Shown here: positions 36,597-43,859 of the stretch, piece after piece | Layout: every line of letters begins with the position of its first letter | Position numbering within the stretch: the first letter of the stretch is position 1 | Assembly: GCA_048538275.1 (NCBI GenBank) | Contig: JBLYPW010000001.1 | Span: 431,928 to 487,038 of the forward strand | DNA from: Candidatus Komeilibacteria bacterium | GTDB lineage: Bacteria > Patescibacteriota > Patescibacteriia > UBA1558 | Length of the DNA stretch: 55,111 nucleotides | Direction: 5' to 3' | Notes under the pieces: model-generated | The model's database searches: none | Told to the model about the DNA's origin: nothing | Seen by the model: the letters and a program-made list of their open reading frames with translations, nothing else | Position numbers and translations under genes: made by a program

Positions 36597-36772
36597 CATA
36601 TGGGCCTGTAAAGCCTATGACATAGCGCAAGGATAGCGCAATCATACAACGGGTATTTACCCGTAAAACTGCTATAAAGCAGTCCTGTATGGTCGCCTGG
36701 ATACGTGGGATTATCCTGAGCAACCAACACAATTGAAAAGGGCGGGACAGCAATGTTACTGCCCTTTTTTAT
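36597..36772 (+). ncRNA. candidate structured small RNA D
   Basis: TTGACA 36562-36567, 17 nt, TAATAT 36585-36590. Hairpins ACGGGT/ACCCGT and CTGCT-ATAA-AGCAG. GGGC...GCCC terminator plus T6 (36737-36772). Confidence 0.45.
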
Positions 36773-36827
36773 TTCCAGTGAACATTTATACAAAACAACC
36801 TGTCTTTAAAATAGACGGGTTTTATAT

Positions 36828-37706
36828 TTACTTGCGATTGAGACTGGCAAGCCATTGCTTTGGATTATCTTTTATATATTCCCTAATTCTTTCCAAATCA
36901 TCATCGTCTCCTATGATGTGTTCATAATAATTTCTTTGCCAAGCAAAATCACACAAACCCAATTTGTGTATTGCTTTGGATGTCATCATTTTATATTTGC
37001 CAATTAACATGGGTAATACCATACGTCGCCTATTTTTTATCATTTTTTTACGTAGAGGCAATTCATGAATTGCCTCTACGGGTTGGGGCATCATACGTTC
37101 ACACCCATCATGAATTGCCTCTACGGATGACATAATATGGTTTGGCGCATCATGAATTGCCTCTACGGGTTGGGGCATCATACGTTCACACCCACCATGA
37201 ATTGCCTCTACGGGTTGGGGCATCATACGTTCACACCCATCATGAATTGCCTCTACGGATGACATAATATGGTTTGGCGCATCATGAATTGCCTCTACGG
37301 GTTGGGGCATCATACGTTCACGCCCATCATGAATTCCCTCTACGGATGACATAATATGTTCACGCCCACCATGAATTGCCTCTACGGATGACATAATATG
37401 GTTTGGCGCACCATGAATTGATTTTAAAATCTGAATAATGAGATGGATATGATTAGGCATGATAATATATTCATCTAATTTTACATGCTTGAATTGCGCG
37501 CTTAATTTCTCTAAATTATCCTGTGCAATCTGACCGTATCTATTTAATAACACCCTATATTGTTTTACCTTGCCAAAATATTTTCTTTTATTTTTTACAC
37601 AAATAGTAATAAAATAATATCCCGGCCTGGAATAATCATAAAACGGCAAGCGTAATGACTGCGTTCTATATTTATTTTTATACAAAGCCGATTTATATTT
37701 TGCCAT
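36828..37706 (-). CDS. IS200-like Y1 (HUH) transposase, REP-associated tyrosine transposase-like, with internal repeat expansion
   Basis: YDYSRPGYYFITICVKN N-terminus, HUH motif MPNHIHLII and catalytic-Tyr region FAWQRNYYEHII. Eight VEAIH-containing 14-15-aa repeats lie between them. Terminator hairpin at 36797-36822. Confidence 0.8.
   Translation of the reverse strand: MAKYKSALYKNKYRTQSLRLPFYDYSRPGYYFITICVKNKRKYFGKVKQYRVLLNRYGQIAQDNLEKLSAQFKHVKLDEYIIMPNHIHLIIQILKSIHGAPNHIMSSVEAIHGGREHIMSSVEGIHDGRERMMPQPVEAIHDAPNHIMSSVEAIHDGCERMMPQPVEAIHGGCERMMPQPVEAIHDAPNHIMSSVEAIHDGCERMMPQPVEAIHELPLRKKMIKNRRRMVLPMLIGKYKMMTSKAIHKLGLCDFAWQRNYYEHIIGDDDDLERIREYIKDNPKQWLASLNRK
37050..37425. repeat. in-frame 42/45-nt minisatellite inside the Y1 transposase gene, with a terminal 30-bp palindrome
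   Basis: Core GAATTGCCTCTACGG starts at 37067, 37112, 37154, 37199, 37244, 37286, 37331 (1 mismatch) and 37373, with a partial copy at 37414. Perfect palindrome CGTAGAGGCAATTCATGAATTGCCTCTACG at 37050-37079. Confidence 0.9.
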
Positions 37707-37792
37707 AAAAAAACAAAGTCTATTAACAAGACCCTGTTTTTTATTGCATAAACTTTTTTACAGAATAATCAAATAAGCAATATTTGTCAAAA

Positions 37793-39295
37793 TTATTTAA
37801 TCGCAAATATTTTTATTTTAGCCAAAGCCGCCTTGGCCAAAGCCATACGCTGTTGGCTTTGTGCATATAAAGTAAACAATCGCTGATCCTTCTTAACTGT
37901 ATCACCATACTCAACATTCAAATAAATACCGGCTAATTTATCCTTAGGCGCTCCCAAAATCCTACATAGAGTATTGATTTTTTTATTGTCTGTCAAAACA
38001 ATCTTGCCGCTCCGGGGCGCATTTATATAATGCTTAATAGCGCCAATAGTAATATCCTCCGAATCAATTTTGTGTTGTCCGCCTTGGGCTTTGATGATGG
38101 CCTGCATTTGCTGCCAAGCCGCCCCTGATGCCAAAGTCTTTTTTGCCAATGCCTGGCCCTTGCCCTTGGGCGCTTTACCGGCCAATTCTAATAGTTCTCC
38201 GGCCAATCTAACAGATTTCTTTTCTAAATCAAAGGGACGAATATCTTTTTGCTGTAATACGCGCAAAACATCGCGCGCTTCCAAAGAAGGGCCAATGCCC
38301 TGGCCGATCGGATCCAAACTCAAAGTTTTGATCACCTTAATCTTGATGCCAAATTGCCGGGCCACATATTTAAATTTTCTTTCTAACATAGCGGCTGTCT
38401 TCATATCCGGAATTTTAGCTGTCTCCCCGACAGGCATATCAATAATCAAATGATTGACCGAGGTAGCGACTTTTTTAGCCATGACCGACACTATCATTTT
38501 ATCATAAGGCTCCAAAGATAAAGGATAAGTCACTTTTAGTATCCTATCATCAGCCGGTGCCAGATTAAAACCGCCGCCCCAAACCATGCAAGCGCCGGTT
38601 TTGCGTACTATTTCTTTCATTTCAGAAGCCGAGAATGTGACCGGGGCCAATACCTCCATAGTATCTGACGTGCCGGCCGGTGAAGTAATCGCTCGTGAGG
38701 AAGTTTTTGGTATTTTTAAGCCTAGGGCAGAAATAATTGGGATAATAACCATAGTTGTTCTATTACCCGCCAAGCCGCCGACCGAATGTTTATCTACCAC
38801 CAAGCCTTTATAATGTATTGTCTCGCCCGTTTCGGCTATCGCCCGTGTCATATGAACAAGCTCCTGATTGGTATATGGATACATATAAGTCGCCGCCACA
38901 AAATAAGTGATCTCCGTATTGCTCAAACGATTATTGACTATATCGGTAATGATGGATTGCGCATCTTGCTTGGTCAAACGCTTGCCTGTCAATTTTCTTT
39001 TGATGGCCTGCACCGAAGCCGGCCTGCCCAAAACTTCTACCTCTACTATTTCATTACTTTCCACGGCATGGCGGGTCCAGACATCTTCATATAGGCCAAT
39101 TTCGCCCGGCTTGATATGTTTATCTGAAAGATTGGCTTCTACCACCACTTTTTTTCTACCGCGCCAATGTAAAGAAATTTTATCACCGGCATGAATGCCA
39201 TAATGATAAGCCTCTTCTTCATTCAATAAAGCGATTAAAACTTGGCCGGTAGAAAAATCCAACTTTTTTACCTTGAGATAATATGGTGCTGCCAT
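37793..39295 (-). CDS. deoA: AMP phosphorylase (thymidine phosphorylase family, archaeal DeoA type)
   Basis: 500 aa. Extra N-terminal domain (YYLKVKKLDFSTGQVLIALLNEEEA) and pyrimidine-nucleoside phosphorylase core (DKHSVGG, TSRAITSPAGTSD). Adjacent to RuBisCO. Confidence 0.85.
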   Translation of the reverse strand: MAAPYYLKVKKLDFSTGQVLIALLNEEEAYHYGIHAGDKISLHWRGRKKVVVEANLSDKHIKPGEIGLYEDVWTRHAVESNEIVEVEVLGRPASVQAIKRKLTGKRLTKQDAQSIITDIVNNRLSNTEITYFVAATYMYPYTNQELVHMTRAIAETGETIHYKGLVVDKHSVGGLAGNRTTMVIIPIISALGLKIPKTSSRAITSPAGTSDTMEVLAPVTFSASEMKEIVRKTGACMVWGGGFNLAPADDRILKVTYPLSLEPYDKMIVSVMAKKVATSVNHLIIDMPVGETAKIPDMKTAAMLERKFKYVARQFGIKIKVIKTLSLDPIGQGIGPSLEARDVLRVLQQKDIRPFDLEKKSVRLAGELLELAGKAPKGKGQALAKKTLASGAAWQQMQAIIKAQGGQHKIDSEDITIGAIKHYINAPRSGKIVLTDNKKINTLCRILGAPKDKLAGIYLNVEYGDTVKKDQRLFTLYAQSQQRMALAKAALAKIKIFAIK

Positions 39296-39514
39296 AAAAA
39301 AATTAATAATTAAAAATTAGAAATAATTGATAGAACAAAACTTGCTACGCCCATGCTGTGGCTGAGGCGATTTTTGCTTGTCATTTTTTGTCTCACCCTG
39401 TACAACTTACCCACTTATTGACTTATGCCGCCGCTGGCGGCATTTCGTCCAAGGCGGTGGTAAACTTAACGCTTACCAAGTAAATCAAAATATATTTCTG
39501 AAGAAAATAAATCA

Positions 39515-40783
39515 TCACTCCTGCCAATACTTCAAAGCAGTGGCTAATTCTTTATGTTCTTGAGCTGCCTTAGTCAAAGAAATACCGGCTAAAGTAGCCT
39601 GCAATGCTTGATGGGCCGCCCGAGCGCCAGCTGCTACGCCTTGCGGATGACCAAAAATACCGCCACCAAAATTGATAATCACCTCTTGCCCGATATATTT
39701 AACCACATTAGGAATCATGCCCGGCTGCAAACCACCCGAGGCCACCGGCATAACCGGTTTAATACTGCTCCAATCACTACGCAGATTATCAAAATGAGCC
39801 CAATCCTCTTTGAGAAAGTCATCCAATTCAGTTACTACTTTACTATCCCCGTCCATTTTTCCCACCACGGTACCAGTGTGTAACTCGTCAATACCAGCCA
39901 GCCGTGCTAATTTAGCGACCACCAACATGCTCATACCATGCTCTGGCAAACGAGAAAACATTGAATGTCCGGCGCGATGACCATGCATCACCAATCCTAA
40001 GTTTTCCTGACGCAAAGACTGTATTGCGCTCCATCCCATGGCAATAATATCCACCATCATACAAAATCCCCCATGAGCTTTGATATATTTAGCTCTTTTT
40101 AGAGCCTCATTATAAGGTGCGGTGATATTGATAATAGCCATTTTTTTCTGGCCGGTTTCTTTTTCTACCCGCCTGCGCATCTTCAATACCTCGCGCACTC
40201 TTTCTCGGAAATGATTGAAATCCTGATCAGTTAGATTTTCATCATCTTTGACGACATCAACACCGTTTTTCCAAAGCTGATAACAAGCATTGGCGTGTTG
40301 CTTGGCGGTCAGACCAACCTTAGGCTTGACGATAGATCCTACTAAAGGCCGCCCCTGAATATTCAGTAATCTACGTAAGCCATCAATACCAAATCTTGGG
40401 CCGGGCATACTTTTTATATAGCTTTTGGGAAACTCTATATCTTCCAAACGTAAATGCTCCACTACTTTCATGGAAAATATATTACCAGCAATACTGGATA
40501 ATAACTGAGGAATATTACCCTCTTCAAATAAAGCTAAAGGATAGGCTATTTTTACCATATGCTTGCGTCGGTCTTCCCCAATAATCTTAGGTGCCAATTT
40601 TTTATACTGCGCTTTTGATAACCTAGCAATCTTTGTCCAGGTACCGATAGAACTTTCACCGGCAATAGCATGCACGGCCTCGCGCCACGACAAGCTAGGC
40701 GCGTCAAAATAGAATTTGGCGATAATATGCTTTTCCGGATTAAACGGCTTAGTAAATTTATAAAAATTAAATTGACTATACAT
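39515..40783 (-). CDS. rbcL: ribulose-1,5-bisphosphate carboxylase large subunit, form III / II-III-like
   Basis: 422 aa. Active-site motifs GVDVVKDDENL, MHGHRAGH and FGGGIFGHPQG. No small-subunit or Calvin-cycle genes nearby. Confidence 0.9.
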   Translation of the reverse strand: MYSQFNFYKFTKPFNPEKHIIAKFYFDAPSLSWREAVHAIAGESSIGTWTKIARLSKAQYKKLAPKIIGEDRRKHMVKIAYPLALFEEGNIPQLLSSIAGNIFSMKVVEHLRLEDIEFPKSYIKSMPGPRFGIDGLRRLLNIQGRPLVGSIVKPKVGLTAKQHANACYQLWKNGVDVVKDDENLTDQDFNHFRERVREVLKMRRRVEKETGQKKMAIINITAPYNEALKRAKYIKAHGGFCMMVDIIAMGWSAIQSLRQENLGLVMHGHRAGHSMFSRLPEHGMSMLVVAKLARLAGIDELHTGTVVGKMDGDSKVVTELDDFLKEDWAHFDNLRSDWSSIKPVMPVASGGLQPGMIPNVVKYIGQEVIINFGGGIFGHPQGVAAGARAAHQALQATLAGISLTKAAQEHKELATALKYWQE

Positions 40784-40814
40784 AATAATACTAAATATTA
40801 AAAATTAATTTACT

Positions 40815-41254
40815 TGCCCCGCTGTCAAACGCAGTGCGGATGAGTGGAGAGTCTATAAAGGAGTGGTGTGCTGAGAGACTTCTCCGCTCGCTTGCGCTCG
40901 GTCGAAGTGACGGAGGGGGTATGATGGCTTGGTTGAAATGACGAGGGGAAGCCCGTCACGTCAGCTTAAGCTGACGAGGCCCGTCTGACAGGGTCCTTTG
41001 TCTCTACTCATCACACTTCCTCGTCACTTCGACCGATGTCCAAACGCAGTGCGGACGAGCGGAGAAGTCTAATAGCAATACCCATGAATTACAGTCAAAG
41101 TGACGGGGCTTGCGGCGTCTGACGGGGCTTGCGGCGTCTGACGGTGCCCTTATCTGCTCATCACACTTCCTCGTCACTTCGACCGATGTCCAAACGCAGT
41201 GCGGACGAGCGGAGAAGTCTAATAGCAATACCCATGAATTACAGTCAAAGTGAC
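40815..41254. repeat. mosaic repeat cluster 8 (right arm of the inverted repeat plus a 98-bp tandem duplication)
   Basis: 40819-41108 is the reverse complement of 35295-35587. 41007-41104 is repeated exactly at 41157-41254. Confidence 0.9.
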
Positions 41255-41276
41255 AAAAATGTATGAAACGCAATTG

Positions 41277-42200
41277 TTAATTTTTCTGCAGTAGCCATGG
41301 GTAAGTTTTGGCCACCTTATTTTTTAACTGTCCGGGCTTAACAATACCAAACTCTGTAATGATGCCGGTAATATATTTAGCCGGTACGCGGTCAAAAGCC
41401 AAGTTTAATATTTTTAAGCCCTCTGGCCTGTCTGGCCAAATTTCTTCATCATCCCTCAATTCTATCTCTATCTTATCATCTGCGTCCATTTTGAGGCCAA
41501 TAGCTGCCACATAAAATGGTATTTTAGCCGTATGAGCTGCTAAAGCCAGGCTATAACTACCAATTTTATTATAAATATCACCGGCCCAACTAATACTGTC
41601 GGCACCGACTATCACCATGTTCATAGCCAAATCTTTGCCGCTAGCACGACTGGCTACCCAAGCCAAAGCACTGTCGGCCACCATAGTAACTGGTAAACCA
41701 TTGGTTAGTAAATTGGTAGCTGTAATATGTCCCTGCAACAAAGGTCTGGTTTCTGAATTAAATACACTAAATGATTTTTTTTGATAAGCCTGGACTAATA
41801 TTTTTTCTACCGCTGACGAATGACAATGGGTCAAAACTTTATAATTTTTCTTAACTAGGCTTTGCCCGGCATCAATTAATTTTTGCTCTCCGGTAGCCAT
41901 CAATTGTAAATAAGTGCCTCCCGCCTGATCCAAAGTAGCTTTGGCAATAGACAAATCACTGATATCATTTTGCTGCAAAGAAAATAAAATATAATTCAAG
42001 CCATTGTGCAGCAAAGGCTCGGTCGGGCGAGCATCAGCCAAATCATCTATAGCGCTTTTTATTTTATGCATAAAATCAAGACCGCCGCGCCGGGCGCTCT
42101 GACCAACCTCCACCAAAGCCTGAATACCGACTCTGGCTACTGCCGTTGCTCCTTGAATACGCAAGTCTCTAATATCGTTAACGGTTTTTTGTAATGACAT
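41277..42200 (-). CDS. e2b2: ribose-1,5-bisphosphate isomerase (eIF-2B alpha/beta/delta-like, e2b2)
   Basis: 307 aa. Resembles eIF-2B-like family members (LTHCHSSAVEKIL, VIVGADSI). Third enzyme of the AMP/RuBisCO pathway by context. Confidence 0.75.
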   Translation of the reverse strand: MSLQKTVNDIRDLRIQGATAVARVGIQALVEVGQSARRGGLDFMHKIKSAIDDLADARPTEPLLHNGLNYILFSLQQNDISDLSIAKATLDQAGGTYLQLMATGEQKLIDAGQSLVKKNYKVLTHCHSSAVEKILVQAYQKKSFSVFNSETRPLLQGHITATNLLTNGLPVTMVADSALAWVASRASGKDLAMNMVIVGADSISWAGDIYNKIGSYSLALAAHTAKIPFYVAAIGLKMDADDKIEIELRDDEEIWPDRPEGLKILNLAFDRVPAKYITGIITEFGIVKPGQLKNKVAKTYPWLLQKN

Positions 42201-42260
42201 AAAAAAACAGCTACTAATATAGCCGTATTATAACATATATCAAAAAAATACGCAGCCAAA

Positions 42261-43856
42261 TTATTTAAATTTAGTGGGTGGTGCAGACAATGCTTGATCT
42301 AAGGATATGGCTTCTTTGGGTTTGTCGGTCCTAGCTGTATCAGCATCAGCGCCAGTATTGCTTACTGGGTTGGTCATTATTGCTTCTCTAGAAATTTTAC
42401 CGGCTTTAAACAATTTCAAACAATCAGGACAAAAAATGGGACGCACGCCATCCGGCTTAAAAGGAACGGACGTTTCAATGCCGCAACGCGAACAATTGGC
42501 CTTAAATCCGGGCTTATCCTCTTTTTTATCTTTACTCTGCTGACCGCCAACAGTGGACTCGGCCGTAGAACTCCAGCGCGATATTTTATCCTCAATAATT
42601 TCTCGCTGTTTACAATATCGCTGGCGGGACACTTTAATAACTTTTTGTAAATTATCCGTCATATCATCACCGGTTAGCAAAGGCGGTAAACCCTTGGCCG
42701 AAAAAGCGGGTGAAGTCACGCCATCAATCATTAATTTATTATAAAAATGATATTTACTTAAATTTACCAGATCATTTTTATCAAATTGCGGGAAAAATTC
42801 TTTTTCTAAAAACTCAGCATCATCAGCACCAACCCGAAAACTTATCAAAGTGCCAACATTACCAACGATAGCCGCCTGTACTCTCTCATCAAGCTGCTCC
42901 CGATACTGATGGGCTAAAATCATATTCAAATGATATTTACGAGCCTCTGATAAAATTTCGGCAAAAGACTCAGTGGCAAAGTTTTGAAATTCATCAATAT
43001 ACATATAAAAATCATTGCGCTGTTGTTCGGGAATATCCACCCGACTCATGGCGGCCAGCTGTATTTTGGTAATCATCATAGCTCCCAATAAAGCAGAATT
43101 GTCCTCGCCGATACGCCCTTTTGACAAATTCAGAAGTAATATTTTCTTATTATCCATAACATCACGCAAATCAATACTTGATTTGATCTGACCAACGACA
43201 TTGCGAATCAAAAAAGATGATAAAAAAGCACCGACTTTATTCTGAATAGGAGCGATGGCTTCTACTTGAAAATTACCCTTATATTTTTCATATTCATCTA
43301 TCCAAAATGACTTTACTACCGGGTCAGTCACTTGCCCCACTACCTTGCGGCGATAATCCTGATCTACCAACATGCGCATAATGCCCAGTAAAGTAGAATC
43401 CGGAAATTCTAATAAAGCCAAAATAGCATTACGCAGTACATATTCCAAACGCGGACCCCAGGTATCAGCCCAAATTTTACGAAAAACACCAATCAAACCA
43501 GAAGCCACCAAATGTTGGTGTTCTTTATCTACTTTTTCCAAAACATTAAAAGCAAAGGGATAGTTGATATCCGCCGGATTAAAATATATCGTATCATTGA
43601 TGCGACTAGTAGGAATATAACTGACGATTTTTTCTACGGTATCGCCGTGCGGATCCACTACGGCCACTCCCCGACCCGCTTGAATATCCTGCACAATCAT
43701 ATTTTCCAGCATAGTAGACTTACCTACACCGGTTTTACCGATGAGATACATATGATTGCGTCTATCTTTGACCTTGATACCAAATTTACGCTCAATATTG
43801 CGATAATTGGTCACGCCAAAGGCGACTACTTGTTCTTCATAATTTTGATCTGTCAT
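42261..43856 (-). CDS. FtsK/HerA-superfamily ATPase (VirD4/TraG coupling-protein-like) with C-terminal zinc ribbon
   Basis: Walker A IGKTGVGKST and Walker B YMYIDEFQNF. C-terminal CSRCG...17 aa...CPDC. Confidence 0.65.
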   Translation of the reverse strand: MTDQNYEEQVVAFGVTNYRNIERKFGIKVKDRRNHMYLIGKTGVGKSTMLENMIVQDIQAGRGVAVVDPHGDTVEKIVSYIPTSRINDTIYFNPADINYPFAFNVLEKVDKEHQHLVASGLIGVFRKIWADTWGPRLEYVLRNAILALLEFPDSTLLGIMRMLVDQDYRRKVVGQVTDPVVKSFWIDEYEKYKGNFQVEAIAPIQNKVGAFLSSFLIRNVVGQIKSSIDLRDVMDNKKILLLNLSKGRIGEDNSALLGAMMITKIQLAAMSRVDIPEQQRNDFYMYIDEFQNFATESFAEILSEARKYHLNMILAHQYREQLDERVQAAIVGNVGTLISFRVGADDAEFLEKEFFPQFDKNDLVNLSKYHFYNKLMIDGVTSPAFSAKGLPPLLTGDDMTDNLQKVIKVSRQRYCKQREIIEDKISRWSSTAESTVGGQQSKDKKEDKPGFKANCSRCGIETSVPFKPDGVRPIFCPDCLKLFKAGKISREAIMTNPVSNTGADADTARTDKPKEAISLDQALSAPPTKFK

Positions 43857-43859
43857 AAT

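Noticed and set aside
36421-36927. Track ORFs 36421-36753 (-), 36590-36793 (-) and 36733-36927 (+).
   Set aside because: They overlap each other, the plus-strand promoter/terminator units and the 3' end of the transposase gene. They are Cys/Ile-rich low-complexity translations with no RBS.
41004-41273. 89-aa ORF in cluster 8; also 23243-23428, 24070-24252 and 33967-34197 in clusters 4, 5 and 6.
   Set aside because: All are translations of the X/Y/W repeat modules in different frames and orientations. The similarity between them is at DNA level, and none has a credible start context.
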